A stretch of 50,574 nt of DNA, filler included, from Jimgerdemannia flammicorona (Eukaryota): assembly GCA_003990765.1 (NCBI GenBank). It is 2 parts of 2 records of this genome, joined end to end, with 100 filler letters (N's around TTAATTAATTAA, not from the genome) between each part and the next. Parts side by side here need not be neighbours in the genome. Positions count along the whole stretch, not along the records: positions 1 to 25,238 come from RBNJ01000864.1; 1 more part is not named here. One strand, 5' to 3'. Made by a program: the position numbers and the translations under genes. This document shows positions 12,101-24,360 of the stretch, piece after piece (position 1 is the stretch's first letter; the number at the start of each line of letters is the position of its first letter). Under the pieces are notes generated by a model. It was not told where the DNA came from and made no database searches. It saw only the letters and a list, made by a program, of their open reading frames with translations.

Positions 12101-14990
12101 AGCCCTCATGTATCCAGCTAGCAATCTTTACTTAGATGTCCTCCACTCAAGGGGTCTCACAATATCTTCTTAGCTAGCAGAGAGGAGTTAAGATACCAAT
12201 ATCCAGGTCCATCTCTACTTCCCCCAAACTGCCCCTGCTCTAACCGTCTCCAGTGATCTGACCATAGGCACCACTCCATTTCTAGAGTCCTCCAAACATC
12301 TATACCCCAGTATTTGGCTGTCAGGATCCAGTCTTCTTGTACCTAGGCCATTCACTCAGTGTATATAGATCCTCTTTTCTCCCCACTATATTCTGTCTAT
12401 ATCTCCTAAGAAGCTAAGATTCTCCACCTTCTCCTATATATCCAGGCCACTACTCCTTCTACCAGCACTCCTTCCTCCATTAGTTCTATCCAACTGAGGA
12501 TTCCTCACCATATTGAAATCACCACCCAGAATATCTACCCTATTCTCTAAGAGAGTGTCCTCCTCTAAAAGACTCTTAATCTATGCAATCTGCTCACCCC
12601 TATCTGCAGAGAAGTAGTAAGCACCAACTCTCACTAGCTCTCACCCAGGTTGATGCTATTTCCCCTATACAAAATGGTCTCCCCAGCTCCTGATTCCACC
12701 TAGATCCCCTTTACCACTCTATATCAAAATCACCACTATACCAATCCAAGTTATAGCACCTCTCCATTCTCTAGTCCACTTTACTTAATTTACATCATCC
12801 TTGTAATATACATCCTACAGCAGAAAGAGATCAGCCTCCAATTCCTTAAGCCAAGTGAAAATGTTCTTATACTGCTCAGATCCCTGTAACCCATTTATAT
12901 TTAGTGAAAAAATATTAGTTATACTATTCATTGAGAATAATATTTAGAAGAAAGGTCTCTTTACAACTCAGTCCTCCTCTCCTCTCTTACTAGATCTATT
13001 CTCTGCTCTGCAGTAGACTCTATCCTCACTAGCTTATCTGCCTCCAATCCAGCCAGAAGGTCAGCCAGTTCTACATCCTCCTTCTCTTTTATTGAGTCTC
13101 TATACTCCTGATACACACTTTGCCAAAGTTGAAGTCCCCTCCTCTGCTTTTACCAGAATACAGCCTATTCTCCAGCAGCCACTGCTAACTCTTTCTCTCT
13201 TGTCTCATCAACCTCATACTCCTCCTTCTCTATGAAGATTGCTAATATCTCACCCTTAAGAGCCTCCACCACACCATCTCTCTGAAGTACTCTTTCCCAA
13301 TACTCCTCACTGACAACTCTCAAGTCTACCTCTCCCAACTTCTCAGCTGCTAAGTTATGCATAATGTAGTATATTTACTACAGGTCCCCAACATCTTTCC
13401 TCCCAGATATGTCTGGCCTTCTCTCATTTAGCATAGAGATATCAATCTCTGTACTAGCAGATTCTTCCTACTCTCTATCTGAGATATCTACCAGCTCATC
13501 CTCCTAAAGTCCTACTACCTGTCCTTCCATCATCACATCAGAGACCCCAAACCTGACCCTATACATATCCCTCATCTTAACATCCTCACTATCTTGTATC
13601 TTTTTAGAGCCAGCTAGTGTCCTTCTATTCTCATTATCCTCAAAGACCTCCAGTACACCATCATCATATAGTGCCTAATTCTGAGCTCTTCTCTCTGCCT
13701 GATCATCTGCCTCTCTCAGCTCCTCTTCACTACTGGCCCAAGTACTTACCTTTATCCCCTCAAGCTCTCTTGCTCTACTCATACTAGTCAACAGCTCTCT
13801 CTGCTACTTCCTCTCTTAGGCCCTCTCCAACTGCCTCTTATCTATCTAGACATACTTCTCCTCTATTATCTCCAAATGTATCAAATCCACATAGATCTTC
13901 CAAAATGTTCTACTGCTTCTCCAAGTTCCTCCAATGCTTCCAGAAGATCCTTCTCCTTCTTCTCACTCCCTTTCACCCTCAATATCTTGCAGATGAAGGC
14001 CCCCCACAATATTACTGAAGGCCAGTCACTCCTTTTCCCAGTAACCTCTCTCCCAATCAGCCAAATCCCAATATCCACATCTTTAGTCCTAAAAGCAGTC
14101 CCCTCTTACATCTGGAATCCAATATCCACCACATCACTATACTCTACCATCACCTCCTCAATCCTCCCTCTAGTCTCAACCATTGTTACTATAGGCACTC
14201 TCTTCACTAGTAACTGAACTACTCTGGGATCCTATCTTAGATAGTACACTATGGAGACCACCACCTCTCCTATAGCCACTTCAGTCTTCAGTACTTCCTC
14301 CAGTAGGCCCACCTCCTCAAACCCCACTTTAACTCCCTCCAGTCTCTTCAGGAACTTTACTGAGACAGCTCCAGTCACTTGCTTCAAGATAATTCCCAGA
14401 ACTATCCTCACTGTCACCATTAAGCTCTGAAAGTACAAAATTGTAGCAAACTCTAAGATTTACTTCTTGAGTAACAGTACTACTACTAGCCCTATTACAC
14501 TATCAGCTAGGTCTCCCTTCCTCTTTGGTCCCATTAGCTCAGCTCTTTTATCAATAGTCACATCTGGATTTTTTTCCAGATCCTCAGTTATGCCACTATC
14601 AGCAGTCCTACCCCCTACTCTCAGCTGCTGCTATATCAGCCTTTCCACCCACTAATCAAGATGCTGAACCCCCTGTTTCCACTTCTCTTTGCTTCTCCTT
14701 CTCTCTTGCCTGTCCTCCTCAAGTTCCAATAGGCTATTCTCCATTCTTCAGTATATCAGTAAAGCTCCTTTCCCTCTGTCCTCCTACTCCTCCTCTAGTA
14801 CTGCTACTACTGCCTGAACTGCCCTACCCACTTTGACTACTGAAAGACACCATCTCTAATCTATATCCTCATCTAATATATTACTAGTCAAAGGCTCCAG
14901 ATCTACCCAACCTAGTATATATATTGGCTTACTTATTGATTGCTATGACCTTAGTACTGTTCTCTAATAAATGCTTTAAAAGTGTGTTGT
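9195..14990 (-). mobile_element. Near full-length degenerate non-LTR retrotransposon (LINE, L1/Tx1-like): ORF1 about 14900-12945, ORF2 (APE endonuclease + RT) from 12931
   Basis: ORF2 starts MNSITNIFSLNINGL and has APE motifs ILGGDFN (~12520) and WSDH (~12260). RT motifs are NWRLIKLL, QQGF, FLDQEKTYD, GVSQGDLLSP and AFSDD. An AATAAA and an A/TA-rich tail lie near 9230-9180. Many stops, almost no CpG; ends approximate. Confidence 0.88.
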
Positions 14991-15357
14991 AAAAGTGTGT
15001 ATAATGTGAATAGTAACTGAGAAAGATACTATTTATTATTTACTATATATCATAAATCAATATGAATAAATATACTTAAGAATAAAATTAATAGTAACTA
15101 TTTTAAAATAATATTTACTTATAAAAAGTTAGACAAATATATTAAAAAAAAAGACTGAGTATTGTGATAGTTGATCTAAATTTAATTATCAAACATATAT
15201 AGTATAGTATTATAGTGGATAGTTATCTAATCTTATAGATATAAAAAAATCATATAATTATAAAAAGCTTATACTTAATAATTTTAGAAAAATCTTATAA
15301 CTATAAGATAACTTATAGAAAAATAAGTTATAACTTAATTACTATATACATATATAA

Positions 15358-15833
15358 TGTGACAGTACAGCCAGATTTGGAAGAAGGAAATAGGGAATAG
15401 ACACTTGATTGCACCCATTCCCAAAGTAGTATAGCATTATAGTTAGCAGTCCTCGATTTCGACATTGTCTAACTTCTTAGACATTGTCTAAATTTTGGAC
15501 ATTATCCAAATCAGATACCCCGATTTAGTATAGCATTTAGACATTGTCCAAATGTTTCGACAAAGTCCAAATGACTCATTTATTACTTAACCACCTTCTC
15601 ATAGCCAGCAAACTTGTATAAATAACCCAGTATCTTCGAGTGAATAAACCTCAGATCGAAATAGTTCAAAGCAAAGAGATAGCAAAGGAACTAGTAAGCC
15701 TGCAGACAGATACACTTCGAACTCACCCACCCTCCCCTGCCACTTCAAGAGACTCTGCGAGAGTCAGAACAGTCAAGTTTTCAAGATACAGAAATCTGAC
15801 ATACTTTCAAGAGTAAGTGTCTGCTACGTTACA
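15358..15833 (+). repeat. 5' LTR of A1 (476 bp)
   Basis: TGTGAC...GTTACA termini, TATAAATA at ~15617 and AATAAA at ~15643. Near-identical to 21610-22084. Confidence 0.95.
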
Positions 15834-15947
15834 ACTTGGTGCCCATTGGCTGGTGATTCAAGATGAATCCCTCACTTTCAAGCTGAACAACAAACAACTG
15901 CCACTACCCGAACAACTATACAAACCGAGCCCCAATACCCAGACAAG

Positions 15948-18900
15948 ATGGATATGAGACCACCAGTATTCCATGGATATACCTCAGATGAATCAATCAT
16001 CACATTCATTGACGATTTCGAGCAGTATGCTGCCATAAGGACCCTGACAGCAGCACAGCAAGTAGCCCTCATGCCCTTCAGCCTACGAGGCCCTGCCAGA
16101 GCAGCATTCACAGCCGCAACCCATGCAGGAAATGATGCCGATGCTGTACTGATAGCACAGAAGACCTGGCTTCGAAATACATACTACACAGATGAGATCA
16201 AGCAAGCCCTGAAGGATCAGCTCAACACAACATGCCAAGGAATGAGCGAGGATCCAAACACATTCTATACCAGAATTCGATATCAGATAATCCTTGCAGA
16301 TTATGCTGCTGCTACCCGAGATCAAGTAGCCGAAGCAACCTTCATGAAAGGAGTCCATCCAGAAATAGCCATGGCCATCTGCTCATCACCAGTGATTCTG
16401 GATCTGCCACAGAGGGTCACCTATGCTCAGCGATACTGAACAGCCAGACACCCACAAGACCATACAATGGAGAGGGTCACAGGAGTCAGAATCGAGGCAC
16501 CCAAGGCAACCAGTGTGATCCCCACCACAATGATCAATTGAAACACACCTCAGCCAAAAGCTACAGAGCAGCAAAAGAATAGTGACCCTATGGAGGAACT
16601 CACCAAAAGATTTGCTGAAATAACTGCCCACCTAGGAGACGTGGTAAAGGAAATCCAAGGAAGAGATCGCCGCCCTGTTCAGAAGTTTGCCGCCACCTCG
16701 GACAAGAAGAAAGGTACCTGCTACAGCTGCAGAGAAGAAGGCCACTACTCCTATGAATGTATGAGTGAAACCAAATACAAGGCTCAACCAAGCAATGCCA
16801 CACGAAACAAGGAGCAGGCCAATACAATCACCTTTGAAGAAATTGGAGAATCTGATGAAGAAGAATGGGAGGCCTATTCTGCTCAGACCACTAAGAAGAA
16901 TGTTTACAAAGAACCCTACAAGAGACCGCCAGGAAGACCCAAGAAGAACCCGGTGGAAAGCAGATGGAAACTGCCACAGAAAGTCAAGCCGAAGAGATGG
17001 ACCAGGATATCGAGCTGGAGCAAGCAGTTCAAGATATCATCCGAGGAACCACTCCAGCCAGTGAAGGAGAAAAAGAAAAGAAGCTTCGTAAGACCAAGAC
17101 CTTCAAGTATGATATCTTCAAGGATCTCAGTCAACAAAAGGTCAATGCAACCTTTGGTCAGCTTGCAGAAATCCCAACATTCAGACAGCAAATGAGGTTT
17201 GGACTTGCCGAAACAACCAAGGAACAAGGATGGAAGATAACTGAGGCCAATAATGTTCAAGAGGACTCAGGAGAAGAAAGTGAGGACAATTGCAAAACCT
17301 CTGCCTATGCAACATGCCAAATTGAGGATTGAGTCTTTGAAGCCATCATTGATACAGGAGCAGGAGGATGTCTCCTCAGTAAGAAGGCAGCAGACCGCCT
17401 AGGTTGGGATGTAGAAGAAGCAACTAAGCTAGTATTCATCACAGCCGATAGCACAAGAGCCACACCTCTGGGAAAGATCCAAGATGTTCCCATCAAGATC
17501 AGAGGAGCAACAATTCCAGTAGATGTAATTGTAACCAATGCCACCAACTATGACATCCTCATCGGCAATCAATGGCTTCACAAAGCCAAGGCAGTAATCA
17601 ATCTCAATGCCCAGAAGATGCAAATTACCTACCGGGGACAAAAGATACGAATTCCCATCAACATCAACAAAGGAGTCCTGCCCGATATGGAGGAAGAAGA
17701 GAGCGAGCAAGAGGAAGCTTATATGGTAACTACCCCGAAGAAGAAGAAAGTCGGATGGATGAGTGAAGAAGAATGGTACAAGAAGATCACTGAAGGCTAT
17801 GCCCCACAAGGAGTCTGTCCTCATGGAATCAAGATATACTGTATAGAGCATGTCAATTATTGCTACCAGTGCACCATCGGAACCAAGAAGATCTACCAGG
17901 AAAGAAGCCAGAAAGCTCTCGAAAAACAGATCAGGGAAGAAGAGAAGGAGGAAGATGATGAACCACCAGCCCTCCTGGAGGACAGCAATGACAAAGAAGA
18001 AATCAAGGTCAAGATTCGAAAGATCCACCCTGATGTAGTCTTGCCAGAATACAAGTCAGAAAATGCAGCCAGAATGGACATCGCTACAGTAGAAGAAACT
18101 GTACTTGAACCCCAGACAACCACCCTACTCGCAACTGGACTGGAGATGACCATCCCAAAGGATCATATTGGGATTCTCAAGACAAGAAGCAGCCTGGCTA
18201 GAAGCGAAATTGCAATCAAAGGAGGAGTCATCGATTCAGACTATACTGGAGAAATTCTACTCATTGCTAGGAACCACAATCCTACAATTCCATTCCCAGT
18301 CAAGAAGAAGGACCGATTGGCACAGATGTTGATCTTCCCAATCATACAGCCAAGGATCATAGAAGTCAAGAATCTGGAGGAAACGAAAAGAGGAAAGAAA
18401 GGATTCGGATCTACAGGAAGAGGAGTATTCGCCAGCACCAAGATTACTGAACTCGAGCATAAGAAGGAGGAAAACATGAGCAAGCACAGTTATACCATTG
18501 GAGACGAATTCCCACTCAAGGAGGAACTCAAGAAAATACTCCACAAATTTGAGGATATCCTCGCCACAGATTTCAAGGATATCAAGAGAAAGACCCCACA
18601 CTACTATCACGAGGTAGATACTGGAGACACCGAACCAATTTACCAGAAGGCAAGACCTGTCCCACCAGCTTACTGAGAATGGCTCAGAGAAGAAATCAAG
18701 CAGATGGAAGAAGCCGGCATCATCAAAGAAGCCAGTAGCCCCTGGTCTTCACCAGTTGTACTAGCCCTGAAAAAAGGAAGCAAATCTGGAGAATTTGCCC
18801 CAAGGCTCTGTGTCGACTACAGAAAGCTCAATGTAGTCACCAAAAAGGATCGCCAACCACTGCCACTCATCAGCGACATTCTTATAACACTGGGAGACAA

Positions 18901-21125
18901 AGCACAGTACTACAGCACCTTGGACTTATACTCAGGATTCCACCAAATCGGACTCACAGAAATGGCAAGTGAAAAGTCAGCCTTCATCACCCCAGACGGA
19001 ACCTACATCTACCTATGAATGCCATTTGGAATGTGCAATACACCAGCAAGCTTTCAGCGAATGATGAACAAAATCTTCTGCTATGATATGGGAAGATGGA
19101 TGATGGTCTATGTCGATGATGTAATCATCTACAGCAAGACAGCCGAGGAACATCTGCAGCACATACAGCAGATAATGGAGAGACTAAGACAACATGGCCT
19201 TTACATCAAACCCAAGAAGTGCAAGTTTGCGGAAATCGAGATCTCCTATCTTGGCCATATCATCAATCGAGATGGAACACACACGGACCCCCTCAAGATA
19301 CAAGTAGTAGTAGCATACCCAAGGCCCACTACTGTCACAGAAGCCCAAGTCTTCATAGGACTTGCCTCCTACTATTGCAGATTCATTAGAGGATTCTCCA
19401 ACATCGCAGGCCCAATCTACAAACTCAACAAGAAGGATACCAAGTTCCAGTGGACTGGCATACAACAAAAAGCATTTGATGAACTCAAGGTCAGACTAAC
19501 TCAGGCACCCATCCTCAGACGACCCAATTGGACCCAAGAATTTATCCTTTAGACAGATGCAAGCGCACAGGGACTAGGAGCAGTCCTAGCTCAAAAAGAA
19601 GACAAAAAGGAGTATGTCATCGCATACCTCAGCTGTGGAACCCGAGGAGCTGAAAAAGAATACGAGTCCTATAAGTTGGAATGCCCCGCAGTCATCTGGG
19701 CTGTGGAAAAGTTCCACTACTATCTGGCTGGAAGACACTTTACTATCCAGACGGACCACTCAGCTCTCACCTGGCTACTGACAACTGGACAACCCAAGGG
19801 AATCTATGCCAGGTGGATAATGAAGTTACAAGCCTATGATGTAACTATCGTGCACCACCCTGGAAGAACAAATTCCAATGCAGATGCTCTCTCACGGACA
19901 CCTTGAACTGCTTCCAATCAACAAATCAATCACGAATAAGGAGCTCTACTACAGAATTATCACATACCTGGGACAGTGAAAGATGCCCCAACATCTGGAA
20001 GAATGGACACAAACGATTATCAACAGAACATGGAAACAATTCGAAACTGATGGAGAAACACTGAAGAAAGGAAAACTACTAGTCATACCAGAACACAAGA
20101 AGGAGCAAGCAATGAAATCAGTACATGAACTTGGCCATCTAGGAGGAACAAATACATACGACAAGGCAAGAAAAACAATATGGTGGCCAGGGATGGAGGA
20201 AGATATCAGACAATTCGTCAAGACCTGTGACAAATGCCAGAAACAGAAACAAGACCAATGAAATCAAGCCCCAGGATCAGCACACATAGAACCAGTACCA
20301 TTCGCCCACATTGCAATGGATGTAATCGGCCCCCTACCATTGACTTTGACTGGCAACTGATACATCATTGTCATCGTAGACCTTTTTACAAAGTGGATAG
20401 AAGCGGGACCCCTTATGGAAGCTAATACACAGTCAATCACCGACTTCTTTCACAAGGAAATCATCTGCTGATTCAAGACCCCAACACAAGTAACTACAGA
20501 TAGAGGAACCGAATTCATGAACCAGTTCTTCGAAGTTCTCTACAAGAAGTACAAGATCCAGCACATTCGGACCACAGCCTATTACCCTCAAGGAAATGGA
20601 CAAGTAGAAAGGACCAACAAGACCCTCAAGAATGTTATCGCCAAGATCTGTGATAGCTACAAGAACTGGGATCACTATCTACCAATAGCATTATCTGCTC
20701 TCTGGGATATCCGATCACAAAGTACCCACTTTACCCCTCGAGAAATGCTGTTCGGAGAAGAATGTTCTCAGGGAACCTTGTCATTCAATGGAGATGCTGT
20801 ATGGAAACATGTGGACATGGAAATACGGAGACTACACCAAATCAGGAAGAAGGCTGAGGATTACATAACCAAGGTGCAGACCCTACAATGGAGGAATGCA
20901 GAAAAGACCCACAAGCCCTTGGAGATTATCAAGATAGGAGACAAAGTCCTGGTGTATCGGAATATGGTAGAAGCTTCATGATCACGAAAACTGGAGCCCA
21001 AGTGGGAAGGACCTTACCTTGTGCAAGATATAAAAGGGACCACCTTTTGGCTACAAAAACCCTCAGGCACAATAATCCCCACCACCATTCACCAAAACCG
21101 ACTCAAGAAATATCATGACCAGTAA
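15948..21125 (+). pseudogene. gag-pol of A1, interrupted by stops and frameshifts
   Basis: Capsid-like gag, zinc knuckle CYSCREEGHYSYEC (~16719-16760), protease IIDTGA (17351), dUTPase (~18005-18420), RT YVDD (19109), RNase H TDAS...NADALSR, integrase HHCC, core TDRG...GQVER and C-terminal WEGPY. Most stops are explained by CGA>TGA, CAG>TAG or TGG>TGA. Confidence 0.95.
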
Positions 21126-21645
21126 CAAAAGTACCGCGATGGCACTCAAGATCACTAGTGCTGCCCAAAGAGCCATCGAAAGACAATGGCACACCACCGA
21201 GCCTCCAACCATAGAACCATTCTATGAGGATATTCAGAGTATTGTGCAGACTCATCTCTCTCGGATCTCGCACTTTAGAGCCTATCAATATCGGGCAGAA
21301 TTCCAAGAGTACTTCAAGCTTGGACAAGTGCTCAATCAGGATCCAGCAAAGACCAAGGAGGACTGGATTGCCGAGTGTCAACTCTCCCACTCATAGATCA
21401 CTGTTGCCAAAAGGATCCACAAGTTATTCCGAGAAGATGAAGCAGCAATAGACCACCTGAGAGGAGTAACCCCTACTGACTTCGAGAAAGTGAGAAGACA
21501 TCATTGGGAAACAGTTATGCAGCAAATCGCACAGTACAAGACCAGACTGTTGAAGCCTGGGAGTTTGAATAGATGCCTCAGGGACGAGACCATCCATTCA
21601 GGAGGAAGTTGTGATGGTACAGCCAGATTTGGAAGAAGGAAATAG
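21115..21645 (+). pseudogene. Accessory ORF3 of family A (~176 codons, one internal TAG at 21394), function unknown
   Basis: The ATG overlaps the integrase end in another frame, and the frame stays open through the PPT into the LTR if TAG is read as CAG. It is similar to 48365-48660 and to the B-family LTR ORF. Confidence 0.75.
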
Positions 21646-22084
21646 GGAATAGACACTTGATTGCACCCATTCCCAAAGTAGTATAGCATTATAGTTAGCA
21701 GTCCTCGATTTCGACATTGTCTAACTTCTTAGACATTGTCTAAATTTTGGATATTATCCAAATCGGATACCCGATTTAGTATAGCATTTAGACATTGTCC
21801 AAATGTTTCAACAAAGTCCAAATGACTCATTTATTACTTAGCCACCTTCTCATAGCCAGCAAACTTGTATAAATAACCCAGTATCTTTGAGTGAATAAAC
21901 CTCAGATCAAAATAGTTCAAAGCAAAGAGATAGCAAAGGAACTAGTAAGCCTGCGGGCAGATACACTTCGAACTCACCCACCCTCCCCTGCCACTTCAAG
22001 AGACTCTGCGAGAGTCAGAACAGTCAAGTTTTCAAGATACAGAAATCCGACGTACTTTCAAGAGTAAGCATCCGCTACGTTATA
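21610..22084 (+). repeat. 3' LTR of A1
   Basis: Direct repeat of 15358-15833 preceded by the PPT. Confidence 0.95.
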
Positions 22085-24077
22085 ATAACTAATAAACTTA
22101 TATAAACAACTCTAGTATCTAGAGTAAATAAATCTTAGATCAAAATAGTTTAAAGTAAAAACTAAGTAAGTTTATAGATAGATATACTTTAAACATACTC
22201 CAATACTTTGCTGAAAACTCTGAAGAGTTAAGAAGACTAAAAAACTAAAATAAAGAAATTTACTATACTTTTTAGATTAACTTAGTATTTATTAATTAGT
22301 AATTTAAGATAAATCTCTCACTTTTAAGTAAAATAATGAACAGCTATCACAACTCAAATATCTACTCAAATTAACTCAAGATATATTATAAAAATTATCA
22401 GAGATATATATCTATAAAATCTAAATATATATATCTAGATAATAAATTTACAATTATATTCTAGAGTACTAAGTATGATCTTATATTGATCTTGTAGTAT
22501 ATAATAGATATAACAGAATATCTCTAGATATATTTTATATATATATACAATTTTACTTCAGTACTATTTCTAAAGTTTAGATAATTCTACTTTAATAGAT
22601 TCTAGATTCTTTATATATTTTAATATAGTTCTTTAATAATATAATACAATATATAACAATAAACTATATAATAGACCACAAGATATAAAATAACAATAAA
22701 CTGCAAAATTTAAATGATAATGAATAGTAATAGACTATAAAGATAATAATAAACTATAATATTATAAGATATTAATAATTAGAAACAATAATAGATTATA
22801 GAACAAATTCAGTATCTAAAAAACTAAATGAAATCTTACTTAAATCCAACTGTCTAGTATTTCTAAGATGTCTAGTTTTAGTTCTTTAGCTATAATATTA
22901 TTCTGTAAATTTGTTCTAGCTATAATTACTTACTTCTGCAAAGTGCTAAGATTTAATTTCTTCTTATAAACTATATTTTGAATTTATTTCATCTACTTAT
23001 AATATCTGAGAGACTTATTTTTATCTTTAAATTTCTCAATTAGGCTATCTATATACAGGTGCTCTAGCTATATTTAATAATTGAAATGAAAATTATTATT
23101 TAAGTCTATTATTAAACTGATTGCAATCTAAACTAAAAAAATAATGAACTTATCAAGCTACAGATAAATAAAAGCTGAGATATTTAATGATATATCTTTA
23201 AATCAAGATTTCTCTCCAAACTATAATAACCAAAAAAATAGAGATAATATATAGAGAGAAGAAGGATTCTTAAGCTAGTGTTAGAATAATATAATTGTCT
23301 ACCTTTATTCAGATTATATATTAGTAGTATATAAATAAATCAGACATTTGAACTATTCTCTATAAGTGACTATAATACCTTCTATTTAAGATCTTTGATA
23401 TCTTTGAGAGATATATTATTTAGAAACTGAAAGTTAATATTCAAGAAAAATATGCTCAAGAAATTGAAATAACATTTCTTTGCTTTACTTTAAACTTATG
23501 ATATCTCTCTAGAAATCTAATATAAATATATAAAAAATAAATAAAAAAAAAAATTATTATTAGCAAAATGATAATTAGTATTACAAAATATATAGTTATT
23601 TGTAGAATAATTAAATTATTATAAAAATTTATAACTATTATTAAGAATAGCCTTATAGATCTCTTTTGTCACTAACAATAAAAGATATTATAGAGAAAAT
23701 CTTATTGCTAAAATCCTTCTATTATGTAATATCTGACCAGATATTTTTTAGAAAAATAATATTGTAAACTTAATATATAGTTCACTTCTACTGAGTATTA
23801 CTATATCTATGCTTCACAAGTATAGTATCAATTTTGATATTTTTACAGTATATATTATTACTAATTTCTGACTGCACAGTTGATCTATAAATAGATGCAG
23901 ATATAAAAATTAATATCTAAATATCAGATATTATACTAAAGCTCTTAGAGAATTATATTTACTTCCAAAAAACAGATATCTTAGTCATAAGATTAATATT
24001 TATTACTGAGACTTTTTATAGTTTTATAATATACTCTTATTACAATTATAGAGGAGACTCTTGATGAAATCTTTAAT

Positions 24078-24360
24078 CTGGACTTAAACAATATCATGGA
24101 CTTGAATAATGCAGTAGACTTAAATAATATAATAGACTTAAATGATATAGTAGACTTGAGTAGTATGATAAACTTAAATGATATAATAAAACTGAATAAT
24201 ATAATGAACTTGAACATTGTGATAGACTTAAATGATATGATAGACTTGAATAATATTGTAAACTTGAATAATATAGTAGTATTGAATAATATAGTAGACT
24301 TGAATAATATGATTATGAACTTAGACTTAAATGATATAGTTATGAACTTGAACTTAAATA
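24078..24360. repeat. Degenerate 18-bp tandem repeat (about 15 units, consensus near GACTTGAATAATATAGTA)
   Basis: Periodicity is visible directly and produces hexapeptide-repeat ORFs on both strands. Confidence 0.8.

Larger units (their letters stand above)
15358..22084 (+). mobile_element. Full-length Ty3/Gypsy LTR retrotransposon, family A (copy A1), with dUTPase and an extra ORF
   Basis: LTRs at 15358-15833 and 21610-22084, PBS TGGTGCCCATTGG at 15837, PPT AGGAGGAAG before 21610, ATAA on both flanks. Domain order is gag-PR-dUTPase-RT-RH-IN. Confidence 0.97.
15163..22400 (+). mobile_element. Old, AT-eroded family-A-like LTR and leader (15163-15357 plus 22085-~22400), split by insertion of element A1
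   Basis: Starts TGTGATAGTTGATC like the LTR at 48701. It resumes after A1 with the decayed LTR 3' half and a decayed PBS/leader (AACTTAGTATTTATTAATTAGTAATTTAAGATAAATCTCTCAC, ~22279-22321). Confidence 0.7.

Noticed and set aside
16940..17000. Possible programmed -1 frameshift between gag and pol (A1; similar shift in B1 near 34540)
   Set aside because: There is no X XXY YYZ slippery site, B2 reads through this region in one frame, and B1 has other 1-nt deletions.
19904..19906. TGA after RNase H shared by A1 and B1 (~37482), suggesting stop readthrough
   Set aside because: It is most simply parallel CGA>TGA decay, the commonest lesion here. It cannot be excluded without more copies.
21115..21645. 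ORF3 as an env gene
   Set aside because: It is too short and has no signal peptide or transmembrane anchor.
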